From a virus (taxonomy: Duplodnaviria > Caudoviricetes): DNA of 34,576 bases. The notes under the pieces were generated by a model that worked only from the letters and a program-made list of their open reading frames with translations, was not told where the DNA came from and did no database searches. Positions 18,757-28,756 of the stretch are shown here, in pieces (position 1 is the stretch's first letter; each line of letters begins with the position of its first letter). Both the position numbers and the translations under genes were made by a program. The DNA lies in IMG/VR virus record IMGVR_UViG_3300034682_000127, positions 1-34,576 of that record. One strand, written 5' to 3'.

Positions 18757-19305
18757 ATGACAAAAGTGAACTTTGGCTTAATTTCGGAATTAGAAGGTGG
18801 CGCAGCCTTAAAAGGCTACGTGCCGGATCCGAAAAACTCCAACTCTGGGGTAACCATTGCCACTGGTTTTGATATTGGCCAACGTTCGCTGAATGAGCTT
18901 TACAGCATGTTTTCGCCTGAGCTTGCCAAAAAGTTAGCGCCTTACTACGGCCTGAAAAAGCAAAAAGCGGTGGCAGAGCTGCAAAAAACACCACTGCGGA
19001 TCACTGCCGAGCAAGCCGCAGAAATTGACCAAGCGGTAAAAAGCCAGCTGCTGGTTCAGCTGGAACAGCGCTACAACAACGCAGCACAAACGCGTTTTGC
19101 TGATCTGCCGGAGTGCATGCAAACAATCATTGCATCAGTGGCATTTCAGTACGGTGACTTGGCAAAGCGCTGCCCTAAATTCTGGCAAGCGGCCACAAAT
19201 GCAGACAACCAGGCAATGGCCGGTGAGCTGCGCAACTTTGGCGATATCTACCCAACACGGCGCAACAAAGAAGCCGACTACCTAATAAAAAGCGAGGCCG
19301 TATGA
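18757..19305 (+). CDS. Endolysin, pesticin C-terminal-like muramidase
   Basis: ELEGG...GYVP...SGVTIATGFDIGQ, SVAFQYG, YPTRRNKEADYL. Confidence 0.88.
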   Translation: MTKVNFGLISELEGGAALKGYVPDPKNSNSGVTIATGFDIGQRSLNELYSMFSPELAKKLAPYYGLKKQKAVAELQKTPLRITAEQAAEIDQAVKSQLLVQLEQRYNNAAQTRFADLPECMQTIIASVAFQYGDLAKRCPKFWQAATNADNQAMAGELRNFGDIYPTRRNKEADYLIKSEAV

Positions 19306-19853
19306 ACTGGAAAGACATTGCAAGCACAGTCGGCGGCATAGCTGGCGCAGTAGCCCCGCTGTTAACCGGCCCCGTAGGTTTAGCGGTCAGCATTGGCAGC
19401 CAAATCGCTGGCGCACTGGGCACCGAAAACAAACCTGAAGCCGTGGCCGCAGCATTGCGCAACGACCCCAACGCAGCCTTAAAGCTGCAGGAGTGGGCCC
19501 ACGAAGAACGCGAACAAATCCGCAACAACCATGTGCAGCTGCAACAGATAGAGCTGGAACGGGAAAAAGCGTTATTAACAGACCGGCAGAACGCACGCCA
19601 CGAGCACAAAGACCACTGGATGCCAGCGGTGCTAACACTGATTTTGGTCGCAATGTTTGCCGCGCAATTGGCCGTCCTATTTTTTGTGGATATCCCAACT
19701 GGCAACCGCGACTTACTGGTTTACCTGTCGGGTAACTTCCTGCCGTTTATTGCGGCAGCGGTGGGCTACTGGGTCAGTTCAACCAAAGACGCCAACGACC
19801 GCGAAAAAATATTAAGTGGCAACGGAACACAGGAGAAAAAGCCATGGAATTAA
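19302..19853 (+). CDS. Putative holin-like membrane protein
   Basis: Gly/Ala-rich N-terminus, coiled coil, DRQNAR, two C-terminal TM segments ending GYWVSS. Follows the lysin. Confidence 0.6.
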   Translation: MNWKDIASTVGGIAGAVAPLLTGPVGLAVSIGSQIAGALGTENKPEAVAAALRNDPNAALKLQEWAHEEREQIRNNHVQLQQIELEREKALLTDRQNARHEHKDHWMPAVLTLILVAMFAAQLAVLFFVDIPTGNRDLLVYLSGNFLPFIAAAVGYWVSSTKDANDREKILSGNGTQEKKPWN

Positions 19854-20110
19854 GTAACGGGTTATCAGTGGCTATTGGTTTCATCGGAATTGCACTAACC
19901 GTGTTAGTGCCTTTAGTTGCCAGCATTTACAACAGCCAAAAAGCCACTGACAAAGAACTGGCCAGGCACCAAACCCACGTTGCAGAGCAGTACGCCACTA
20001 AGCACGACGTGCGCGAACTGGGCGACAGAATGGAACGCCAGATGAAAGACGGATTTGAAAACATTAAACAGCTTTTAACCAACACCAGAAAAGAAAGGGA
20101 TCACGCATGA
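19844..20110 (+). CDS. Small protein with one N-terminal TM and a coiled coil (lysis-region gene)
   Basis: AGGAG RBS; HVAEQYATKHD motif. Confidence 0.7.
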   Translation: MELSNGLSVAIGFIGIALTVLVPLVASIYNSQKATDKELARHQTHVAEQYATKHDVRELGDRMERQMKDGFENIKQLLTNTRKERDHA

Positions 20111-20373
20111 AACAGCAAATCATTTTAACCATAGGCGCCGTTGACTTTGCCTTCAACGTTACAGCGCAGGACCACAACGACTTTGTGGACGCAGCGGCAC
20201 GCGGCGGCTCTATGACAGCAGCGGCGAATAACTTTGTTGTGCGGGTGATAAACCCAGACCAAAAAGAAGAGTTTAAAAAGCTACTGCAGAGCTCACCAGG
20301 CGCTGAACTGCAAATTGCATCGGTCCTGAAAGTTGAGTTTTCGCCAGTACTGGAAATCGCCGTAAAAAAATAG
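20107..20373 (+). CDS. Tail assembly chaperone (short form)
   Basis: Lies before the tape measure gene and ends GTA AAA AAA TAG. Confidence 0.85.
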   Translation: MKQQIILTIGAVDFAFNVTAQDHNDFVDAAARGGSMTAAANNFVVRVINPDQKEEFKKLLQSSPGAELQIASVLKVEFSPVLEIAVKK

Positions 20374-20561
20374 AAGGGCTGATCGAGTCCATCGACACGA
20401 ATCAGCTTGAGCAGTTGTTTATCTTGCGGCGGCACCTGCTGCCACATGAAGACGACACAGAACAAAGTTTAGCAAGGGCGGCGTGGCTGATGAAACGCCG
20501 CAATGAAGACTTAGAAGCCATAGTCACCAATGCAGTATGTAAAGCGTTTGGTGGCAGGTAG
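20370..20561 (+). CDS. -1 frameshift extension of the tail assembly chaperone
   Basis: A_AAA_AAA at 20364-20370 opens IEGLIESIDTNQLEQLFILRRHLLPHEDD...LARAAWL...VCKAFGGR*. Confidence 0.8.
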   Translation: MEGLIESIDTNQLEQLFILRRHLLPHEDDTEQSLARAAWLMKRRNEDLEAIVTNAVCKAFGGR

Positions 20562-20582
20562 CAGCAAACAACCGGGGCACAA

Positions 20583-22313
20583 ATGAGCTTACCAGCACCG
20601 CTAATGTTCACCGTTGGCCTGATAGACCAGATAACTGCGCCGATCGCAAAAATACGCGGCCAGTTAAATGGTTTATCAGCCAACTACCAGCAAGGAACCA
20701 TGCAAATGGCTACCGGCGTGGGTGGCATTGTGGCCAGTGGTTACGCCTTGCAAAACGCCCTGATGCCAGCCATTGAAATGAGCCGCGCCTTAGGTGAGGT
20801 GAAATCGCTGGGGGTGCAGGAAGGTGCACTTAAAATGCTGTCGCAAAGCTCTTACGAATACGCGCTGCAGTATGGCGAGTCGGCCACAGAGTTTGTGCGC
20901 TCAAGCTATGACATTCAATCTGCAATTGCCGGGTTAAACGCCACGGATTTATCCCGTTTTACCATGGCGTCGAACGTGCTGGCCAAAGGCACAAAATCAG
21001 ACGCTGCAACCATCACCAGTTACATGGGCACCATGTACGGCATCTTTAAAAATGATGCCATGCAAATGGGTGAGGGTGCGTGGGTAGAGCGCTTAACAGG
21101 CATGACAGCAACCGCAGTTCAGGCCTTTAAAACCGACGGTAAAAAAATGTCGGATGCATGGAGTCAATTAGGTGCTTCTGCTGGTCTGGCTCCATTGCAA
21201 GAGCAAATGGCGGTATTGGGCACTTTGCAAGCGACTATGGAAGGTGGGACATCCGCCACAAAGTATCAAGCATTTTTAGGCGGTATAGGTAAGGCACAAA
21301 AAGCACTTGGAATGAGCTTTGTTGATAGCCAAGGCCAGATGTTACCAATGGTAGAAATACTTGAAAAAATACAAGGAAAGTACGGAAAGCTGGACAGTGT
21401 ACAGGCGGATATTGACAAGTTTGATACAGCGTTCGGATCAAAAGACGCCAGGCAACTAATCCAATTACTGCTTAAAGATGTCGATGGGCTGAAAGGTTCA
21501 ATCAACACGCTTGGACAGGTAAAAGGCATGGAGCAGGCAACAAAAATGGCCGAAGCCATGATAGACCCAAGCCAACAGTTAAGCCAAAGCTGGTACGTGA
21601 TCAGGGCGGCAATAGGTTCAGCGATTCTGCCGGCCTTTAACAGTTTTGTTGGAGGCATTGCCAGCATGGGAAAAGAGGTGATCTGGTTTACTGGCATGTT
21701 CCCAAACATTACCAGATGGCTTGGATATATCGCGGTTGCATTTCTATCTGTTGTTGCTGTGGGCGCATTGTTTAGCATCATGTTAGGTGCTGGGAAAATG
21801 GCAATGGCAGGATGGAGGGTTGTAGGTGCGTTGTTTGCATTCGACCTTGTAAAAATACGTGCCGCAATGCTGGCTTTAAATATTTCAATGTATGCAAACC
21901 CCATAGCTTGGCTAGTGGCTGGCATAGCCGCCGCAGTTATTGCCGTGGGCGCGCTGATCTACTACTGGGACGATTTAAAAGCCACTATGGGCGAATGGGG
22001 CTGGGTAAAAGCCATTGGCGGCATATTCAGCAGCTTGTGGAATGGCCTTCAAACCATGTTTAACGACACCATCAATTGGATTATCGAAAAGCTCAATCTG
22101 ATCCCATTTGTAGACATTAGCACCACAGCAGCCACTGGCAGCGTCAGCAGCATAAACGCCATTGAGCCAGTAAAAGCCACCACACCACGCGGCGGCATCA
22201 GCCAGCAAATAGCGAACGCCAATACCAGCAAATCAACCAGCGTTGGCGCGATAAACATCTACCCGCAAAAAGTGGACACAAACTTTGCAAACTACGTGGA
22301 GATGCACTCATGA
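20583..22313 (+). CDS. Tail tape measure protein
   Basis: LMFTVGLIDQITAP, ALGEVKSLGV, FVRSSYDIQSAI, ANPIAW. Confidence 0.92.
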   Translation: MSLPAPLMFTVGLIDQITAPIAKIRGQLNGLSANYQQGTMQMATGVGGIVASGYALQNALMPAIEMSRALGEVKSLGVQEGALKMLSQSSYEYALQYGESATEFVRSSYDIQSAIAGLNATDLSRFTMASNVLAKGTKSDAATITSYMGTMYGIFKNDAMQMGEGAWVERLTGMTATAVQAFKTDGKKMSDAWSQLGASAGLAPLQEQMAVLGTLQATMEGGTSATKYQAFLGGIGKAQKALGMSFVDSQGQMLPMVEILEKIQGKYGKLDSVQADIDKFDTAFGSKDARQLIQLLLKDVDGLKGSINTLGQVKGMEQATKMAEAMIDPSQQLSQSWYVIRAAIGSAILPAFNSFVGGIASMGKEVIWFTGMFPNITRWLGYIAVAFLSVVAVGALFSIMLGAGKMAMAGWRVVGALFAFDLVKIRAAMLALNISMYANPIAWLVAGIAAAVIAVGALIYYWDDLKATMGEWGWVKAIGGIFSSLWNGLQTMFNDTINWIIEKLNLIPFVDISTTAATGSVSSINAIEPVKATTPRGGISQQIANANTSKSTSVGAINIYPQKVDTNFANYVEMHS

Positions 22314-22642
22314 TCACCTACAGAGATTTGCACATCAGCAACGGCGATATAGTGCTTGATGCCGGGTTAAACCCGACCTATTTAACTGACCGCGCAGCCA
22401 TAGCACAGGACATAGTTCACGCCATTTTAGAAACCGGCATTGCCCATTTGCTGGTAAGTGACAGACGCACAGGCGTAACCGCAGACACCAAAATAAAACT
22501 GAAACTGCTGGTAGAAGACGACGTGCGGATCATGCCAGGCACAGTACGCATTGAAGAAGTAAGCAGCGGCCAATGGTGGGTATTTGCAGACACCATCGAC
22601 TTTGGCCCTATTTCATCCAGCATCACAGGCGGAGCACTCTAA
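22310..22642 (+). CDS. Baseplate protein (DUF2590-like)
   Basis: IAQDIVHAILETG, LLVEDDVRIMPGT; synteny. Confidence 0.8.
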   Translation: MITYRDLHISNGDIVLDAGLNPTYLTDRAAIAQDIVHAILETGIAHLLVSDRRTGVTADTKIKLKLLVEDDVRIMPGTVRIEEVSSGQWWVFADTIDFGPISSSITGGAL

Positions 22643-23842
22643 ATGGCAGATAAAATCACCGCGCCAACCATCGACTTTGCCGCCATCGTAGAAGCTGCAG
22701 GCATACCAACCACAGAGGCAGGCTGGAAAGCCCTGTTTAAGCAAGACGTAGTGGCAGAGGGTAGCATTATTGCCAATGATTCGGCCTATTCACCGTTCTG
22801 GCGATTAATTAGCGCCATAGTGGCAAAGCCAGCCACATGGATAGTAAACAACGTACTGATTGCGGTGATCCTGCCCAATTTATTTTTACTTACCGCCACA
22901 GACGACAGCTTTATCGAAGCCAAAGCGTGGGAACACGACTTAACGCGAAAAGAACAAACCAAAGCACAAGGTAAAGTCAGATTTAACCGCGCTGCAGCAA
23001 GTGGCCCAGGGCTTCTGATACCGGCCAATACCGTGATACAAACCGACGCAATCAACGGCACAGTGTACAGAGTGGTAAGCGTTGCCGACGTGATCTTGCC
23101 GCAAAACAGCCTAAGCGTACTGGTGCCGGTAATAGCCGAAAACGCAGGGGCAGCCTACAACTTAGGCGCTGGCTATTTTCATATTTTACCGGTTGCAGTC
23201 ACCGGCATTGGCAGCGTGGCAAACGAGGCCGACTGGCTCGACGTACTGGGCGCAGACAGCGAAAGCAACGACGATTTAAAGCAACGCACACGCAACGCTT
23301 TTACAGCAGCTGCACCGTGGCACATTGACGCTGTGTACCGTTCTATCATCACAAGACGCGCAGGCCTGAACACCGACAACGTGTATTTTGAACACGACGC
23401 ACCACGCGGCCCAGGCACAGCTAACGCCTATATTTTGCTGGACACTGGCGAACCATCATCAGAACTGCTGGCAGACCTGCAAAACTACATCATGGAACAA
23501 GGCTACCACGGCCACGGCGACGATATGCTGATCATGGCAATGCCAGCCGTAAACGTGGCGATAGGCGTCACCATTTACCCGCACACCTACTTACTGGAAG
23601 CTGAAGTAACCACCTTACTAAGTGACGTCGAAAACTTTATCCGCTGTGCATTCCGCGAAAACACCAACTACAGCGCCACCAAAACAGAACCGTTTGGCCG
23701 CTTTAGCTTTAGCCGCTTAGGCCAAGAGCTACACGACCAATTTGCAGGCATTGAATCATTGAACTGGCATCAAATGGATATCACCAGCGCAAACAGTGTG
23801 CCGCGCCTGACGACCCTGACCATTCAAAACGGTAACGCGTAA
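22643..23842 (+). CDS. Baseplate J-like protein
   Basis: SPFWRL, GADSESNDDLKQR, HDAPRGPGTANA, HGHGDD. Confidence 0.9.
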   Translation: MADKITAPTIDFAAIVEAAGIPTTEAGWKALFKQDVVAEGSIIANDSAYSPFWRLISAIVAKPATWIVNNVLIAVILPNLFLLTATDDSFIEAKAWEHDLTRKEQTKAQGKVRFNRAAASGPGLLIPANTVIQTDAINGTVYRVVSVADVILPQNSLSVLVPVIAENAGAAYNLGAGYFHILPVAVTGIGSVANEADWLDVLGADSESNDDLKQRTRNAFTAAAPWHIDAVYRSIITRRAGLNTDNVYFEHDAPRGPGTANAYILLDTGEPSSELLADLQNYIMEQGYHGHGDDMLIMAMPAVNVAIGVTIYPHTYLLEAEVTTLLSDVENFIRCAFRENTNYSATKTEPFGRFSFSRLGQELHDQFAGIESLNWHQMDITSANSVPRLTTLTIQNGNA

Positions 23843-24468
23843 TGGCTATTGAATGGAACGTCATCACCAAAATGCCTTACTGGCTGGCGCGTCCGGCCAG
23901 CGAGTTGGACAAGCTACGCAAAGGCGCGGTGCGGTTTTGGCAGCGCTTGGCAGACATGCTGCAATTCGTGAACAACCAGCTGGACCCTATGACAGCAGAA
24001 CTGGCCTTTGTCCACCTGTTGGCATGGGAGCGCGACATAGAGCAAATACCCACAGAAACAGAACTGATCTACCGCACCCGGGTTAAATACGCCTTACCGT
24101 TCGCCAAAGGCGCAGGTAGCACAGCCGGTTGGCTGGATATGTTTAAAAAGCTGGGTATGCCCTATGTAGCCATAGGCGAACGCTTCAGCGCCACCGACTG
24201 GGACGTCATAGACCTGCTGTTGTTGGACGTAGACGTCAGCACAAGACAAGCCTTGCTGGGTTCAATTTGCCGTCAGTACGGCCGAACAACACGGCGCTAC
24301 AGGTACAGCACAGTCGCAAAAATGCCAGTGCAAACGGCATTAGCAGCATTTGACAACCACAGCAGCTTTAACGTGGCAAAAGCCAACACCAACCTTTTGC
24401 CAGCAAAAAGATTTATGACAATGGACAGCGGATCAAGCTACCAGGTCGCAAAAACTCAGCAGAATTAG
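23842..24468 (+). CDS. Baseplate/tail protein (gpI-like)
   Basis: LDPMTA, LLAWERDI, YRTRVKYA, QYGRTTRRY. Confidence 0.85.
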   Translation: MAIEWNVITKMPYWLARPASELDKLRKGAVRFWQRLADMLQFVNNQLDPMTAELAFVHLLAWERDIEQIPTETELIYRTRVKYALPFAKGAGSTAGWLDMFKKLGMPYVAIGERFSATDWDVIDLLLLDVDVSTRQALLGSICRQYGRTTRRYRYSTVAKMPVQTALAAFDNHSSFNVAKANTNLLPAKRFMTMDSGSSYQVAKTQQN

Positions 24469-24480
24469 AAGAGGTAAACC

Positions 24481-27456
24481 ATGGCACAAGTGATCACAAC
24501 AGCAGGCGAACAGTTATTTGCCATTAAAGCGCAAAACAACCAGCCGTTAGATATCGACACCTTTATTTTTGCTTATGTGCCTGGTCAGGATTCGTCAGCA
24601 GCTATTGACCGCAACGAGGGCTTGCCGCCAGTAGGCCAGCGCGTACATCAGCAAATAGTGCAGCAACGCGGCCGGGTCAACTCCAACGTGGTGATTTACT
24701 CCACAGTGATGGACAGCATAACGGGCCCGTTTGAATTTAACTGGGTAGGGCTGTATTCCTCGGTCAACAACACGTTAGTAGCGATCAGCAAAATACCAAC
24801 GGTTGTAAAAACAGTCACAGTGCCAGGCACTGCAGGCAACATTTTAAACCGCAACTTTGGTATAGAGTACAGCGGTATTGCCGACTTAGACGGCATCACC
24901 GTGGATCCAGAAACATGGCAACTGGACTACACAGCGCGCCTGAACGGCATGGACGAACTAACCCGCCAACTGGCCGCAGACATGAACGGCCGCGACTGGT
25001 TTATCGACAACGGCTTTAAAGTAGCGCCACTGCCAACACCAAACAATTTCAAAGTAACAGCAGGCGCTGGCTATGTGTCCGGCCTGCGCATAGCCATTGA
25101 AGAAGAACCAACGCTTATTGCAGCCAGCTACCCGCAGTTCGTCTATGTAAACGCCTGGTTCGACGGCACATCAGAGGCAACTTGGAAGGGGCAAACCACA
25201 TTCCAGATCACACCCGCAGAACAGGAAGACTACACCGACGAAACCGGCAAACGCCATTACCTGTTTAAGCTGGCCACCATCACCGCGGCGGATACAGTGA
25301 TAGACCACAGAAGCGGCAATGCAACCAGCCCACACCCAGGCATTAAATACCTGTTAAAAGTGCCAGGCATTAAACAAACAACACTGAGTTTACATACCGG
25401 TTTAGGTGTAGGCGGCGCAGAATATGTGTGGCTGCCAGATGCTGATCAATCACAGCACCTAAAGCGTGGTCCAAATGGCGGTATTTTATTTTCTTCAGAA
25501 GCAATTAATTTATATGATGGAACGCCAGCAACACTAAACGCTTTATTGTCCGGCGGTTTCACTGGGATGGGTTGCTTTGAACAGATAACCACAAGTATTT
25601 CTGAAGTAAACTTCGGCGCGGTGCCTAACAATGACAACCTACTAGCTATCAGAGCTGCAATTGAGTACTGCAATACCTACAAAAAACCATTTAATGTCGA
25701 AATTGATAACTATACAACTGATGTGATCAGGCTGCCATCAGACATCGAAATTATTTTCGATGGAGGCAGAATAGATAACATAGGAACAATTAGCAGCCTA
25801 AGAAAGGCTGTATTTATGGCCGGGCATTGGCACCCTGAAATGTACGGATCCAGAGCGATAGGTGCGATAACTCCTTATGTCAGGCAGGTAGACAGATACC
25901 GCTGCACAGGAGTTGTAACCAGTAATCAAACGTCAATAACGCTTGTAAATGCTTCAGATGCTTCAAATTTTATAGCTGAAGAGCTCTATTTCATTGCCAC
26001 AGATGAAAGCTACCCGCAAACAGGGACAGGTGTTGATATTGACCTACCATCTCAATCGAGTGTCATTAAATGTAAAACATCTGACTCAAGTACAGGTGTT
26101 GTCACCTTTTACGATAGTATTGATTTTAATAGTGTAAGTGCCCCTTGGTTATGTAAATTGAGAGCTGGGGAAGAAAACCAGTCATTTCAAATATATTTAG
26201 CAAAAAACATCACTATAAAAAATGCGAATGGGTCAGGCCGTTCACTATTAGGGCTAACAAGCTGTTGTTATAACCTAGACGTTGATAAATGGAGTGGGCA
26301 CTACTCCTACATTATTCAGCTCAATGGATTAATCAAATCTAAGATGAAAGGTTTCTTAGGTACGTTTGATTTGTCTGCTATAGAGATCAAGTTTTGCACC
26401 AATAACGCTGATGTAGCTGATATTAAGGGAACATGCCTGACAGATGGAACGGGAACGCCAGTAGGTTTAATCAGTTACGGGGAAGGTGCAAAAAATCTAG
26501 ATATTCATGATTTCAAGATTGTTGCCCCAAAATTCGCCCCTGCATCGAATCCTATTATTCAGCAGCAACCTGGCATTAACTGCAAAATATACGACGGATT
26601 GATATATACACCATTATGCGATAGACAACCGATCCAGTTTTATTCTGACTCTAGAAGTAGTTTGGAGAACTGCCACGTCGCCAACTTAGAGATATATAGT
26701 GCCTCAAGACTTGGTATTCGCATGGGAGGAAACTATGGTGCGTACACACCTAAAAATTGTACTGCCAAAAACATTAAGTTATATACCTCTTATGCGGGTG
26801 TTGATTCAATGTATCTAATTAGATTTGAGCACAGTAATGACTGTGAAATTTCTGCTTGTTCCTCTCCAAATCTAAAAATAATAGACATTCTTAACGGTTC
26901 AGTTAACCCAATTTGCTTCGAAAATGTTACTGGGCCATCTGGTTCACTGTCTGGCACTAACTCAGGATTGTTAGGTATTAGAGATAACAAATCACTTGAG
27001 TTAACAGGCCCTATTGCCTTAGGTACAGATAAAAAACCAAGAACTTCATTTGGCACGAATGCTGCCCCAGCTTGCTCAGTAGAAGGAGTGGGGGCTGGAA
27101 GATTCATGGGACAAGATGTGCCGACCTCTGGCACTGGAACTGAAGTAGGTTACGACCAAACTACAGGTGTGGGATATGCACAAGCCCGAAACCGATCAAC
27201 TTCAGAATACATGCCTTATCGGATTTTCGGCAGCATTGTCGATATTTTTGTAGGTGCGTTTCAGTCGGTCAGGTTCAGCATCTGGGGTACACCAACTCGG
27301 TTTGACATTATAAATTCAGATGCAGATCCAGAAGGTATTGTGTCAGCTCCGATTGGAAGTGTTTGCTCAGTAAAATTTGGTGGCACTGCATCACTATGGT
27401 TTAAATCTGGCGGCGGTTCTGGAAACACCGGCTGGCATCAGGTGCCACTGTTATAA
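24481..27456 (+). CDS. Tail fibre/tailspike: P2/HP1-type N-terminal anchor plus AT-rich putative beta-helix receptor-binding domain
   Basis: N-terminal GPFEFNWVGL and TWQLDYTARL. NFGAVP..DNLLAIRAAI marks a pectate-lyase-like helix start, followed by Asn/Ile/Cys-rich repeats. Confidence 0.88.
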   Translation: MAQVITTAGEQLFAIKAQNNQPLDIDTFIFAYVPGQDSSAAIDRNEGLPPVGQRVHQQIVQQRGRVNSNVVIYSTVMDSITGPFEFNWVGLYSSVNNTLVAISKIPTVVKTVTVPGTAGNILNRNFGIEYSGIADLDGITVDPETWQLDYTARLNGMDELTRQLAADMNGRDWFIDNGFKVAPLPTPNNFKVTAGAGYVSGLRIAIEEEPTLIAASYPQFVYVNAWFDGTSEATWKGQTTFQITPAEQEDYTDETGKRHYLFKLATITAADTVIDHRSGNATSPHPGIKYLLKVPGIKQTTLSLHTGLGVGGAEYVWLPDADQSQHLKRGPNGGILFSSEAINLYDGTPATLNALLSGGFTGMGCFEQITTSISEVNFGAVPNNDNLLAIRAAIEYCNTYKKPFNVEIDNYTTDVIRLPSDIEIIFDGGRIDNIGTISSLRKAVFMAGHWHPEMYGSRAIGAITPYVRQVDRYRCTGVVTSNQTSITLVNASDASNFIAEELYFIATDESYPQTGTGVDIDLPSQSSVIKCKTSDSSTGVVTFYDSIDFNSVSAPWLCKLRAGEENQSFQIYLAKNITIKNANGSGRSLLGLTSCCYNLDVDKWSGHYSYIIQLNGLIKSKMKGFLGTFDLSAIEIKFCTNNADVADIKGTCLTDGTGTPVGLISYGEGAKNLDIHDFKIVAPKFAPASNPIIQQQPGINCKIYDGLIYTPLCDRQPIQFYSDSRSSLENCHVANLEIYSASRLGIRMGGNYGAYTPKNCTAKNIKLYTSYAGVDSMYLIRFEHSNDCEISACSSPNLKIIDILNGSVNPICFENVTGPSGSLSGTNSGLLGIRDNKSLELTGPIALGTDKKPRTSFGTNAAPACSVEGVGAGRFMGQDVPTSGTGTEVGYDQTTGVGYAQARNRSTSEYMPYRIFGSIVDIFVGAFQSVRFSIWGTPTRFDIINSDADPEGIVSAPIGSVCSVKFGGTASLWFKSGGGSGNTGWHQVPLL

Positions 27457-27504
27457 AAAATATTTGGACAAGGAATTAACCTTAAAATAATAGAGGTGTA
27501 GAAC

Positions 27505-27753
27505 ATGGCTTTGCAAAATAACATTGAATATAAGGGCATAGTTGTCGAGGGCAGCTATATCAGGATTAATCGCTTTGAAGGGAATAAAGGCACGATTAAC
27601 TTTATCGTAACTTACCATAAAGATAGCCAGTCACAGCCATTCAACTTTAAAGAGTTTGAATGCAGCAACAACTTAAATTCGGGGAATATTATAGAACAAG
27701 GGTATATGCATCTAAAAACGTTGCCTGAGTTTGCTGATGCTGTTGACTGTTAG
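27505..27753 (+). CDS. Small tail-fibre-associated protein
   Basis: GAGG RBS. C-terminal QGYMHLKTLPEFADAVDC is a pattern I recall from genes following tailspikes. Confidence 0.7.
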   Translation: MALQNNIEYKGIVVEGSYIRINRFEGNKGTINFIVTYHKDSQSQPFNFKEFECSNNLNSGNIIEQGYMHLKTLPEFADAVDC

Positions 27754-27765
27754 CGAAGTAAAAGC

Positions 27766-28230
27766 ATGCTAAATAAAACAAAAGTAGCGTTAGTATCCGC
27801 CCTAATCATCCTATCCGCCTGCAGCCCTCCAACGCTGCAGCAGGAGCACAGCTGGGCGCTGAAAAAGCACCAGTACATCACTGATCAAGAACAGTACGGC
27901 ATACCCAACAAATGGGTGGCAAGCCTGAAGGGCGACTGTGAAGACTACGCCTTAGTGATGAAAAACAAAGTAGGTGGCACCATGCTTTACGTGCGTGCCT
28001 ACACCGGCGAGGCGCATATTGTGCTACTTGTTGATGGCGTATTTGACAAAAACAACAAGCCCATTTCTGGGCAGGTGTTAGATAACATGTCAAAAGTGGT
28101 TTACCCTCTGGGCGAAATGCGGCACAAATACGTTTACACCATCAAAGAAACCGATATAGAACACTGGTTAGCCAAAGCCCAGGCACACGACGAAGCCATA
28201 GCAAATCAGGTGGCCTATGCTAACCCTTAA
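27766..28230 (+). CDS. Lipoprotein with transglutaminase-like cysteine peptidase (BTLCP/LapG-like) motifs
   Basis: Signal peptide with lipobox LSA-C. GDCEDYA, HIVLLV and VLDN give a Cys-His-Asp triad. Confidence 0.78.
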   Translation: MLNKTKVALVSALIILSACSPPTLQQEHSWALKKHQYITDQEQYGIPNKWVASLKGDCEDYALVMKNKVGGTMLYVRAYTGEAHIVLLVDGVFDKNNKPISGQVLDNMSKVVYPLGEMRHKYVYTIKETDIEHWLAKAQAHDEAIANQVAYANP

Positions 28231-28756
28231 CGCAACCCAAATACTGCTAAAAGCCATTCGGATCACGGCCAGCCAAGAGCTGGCAACCGAAGACGCCAGC
28301 GGCCAGAGCAGCAGCACCGACACAGCCGAAACAGGCATGAAAGCCAAAATGTTATCCGTAACGGGCTTCATCCCGTTTGCTGATCAACAGCAACTAACCG
28401 ACCTGTTCACGCTGGCCGAAGCCACCGAAGCCGGGGCGCGGGTAACGTACCGCATCAGCAACCGAACCGCGTCGGCGCTGGGTGTAAAAGAAGTAAAATT
28501 CAGCAGCAGCATTGAAGCTGTGGAACAAGAAACAACCCGCCAATGGAGCATTAGTTTCACACTGGCGGAAGTGCGAAGCGTACCGCAGAAAAAAGAAGAA
28601 CGGACACCACAAGCCGCAGCAGCACAGCAGGGCGCAACGGGCCAAACGGCGGCCGAAGACAACGCGCCACCAGAAACCGAAATACCATTAACCGGCTTTA
28701 CTGCCTTTTTAAAGTCAGTCGATAACAGTCTGGCAGCAGACACAGGCAACGCATAA
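28217..28756 (+). CDS. Conserved HP1/K139-type tail/baseplate protein
   Basis: DASGQSSSTDTAETGMKAKMLSVTG, WSISFTLAE; synteny. Confidence 0.75.
   Translation: MLTLNATQILLKAIRITASQELATEDASGQSSSTDTAETGMKAKMLSVTGFIPFADQQQLTDLFTLAEATEAGARVTYRISNRTASALGVKEVKFSSSIEAVEQETTRQWSISFTLAEVRSVPQKKEERTPQAAAAQQGATGQTAAEDNAPPETEIPLTGFTAFLKSVDNSLAADTGNA

Noticed and set aside
18700-18760. Remnant of a TraR/DksA zinc-finger gene (DCASCG) or a parS half-site (CGTGAAACA)
   Set aside because: No start codon, only one CxxC, and only half of the parS palindrome.
24481-27753. Tail-fibre invertible segment or diversity-generating retroelement
   Set aside because: No invertase, reverse transcriptase, inverted fibre copy or template/variable repeat pair was seen.
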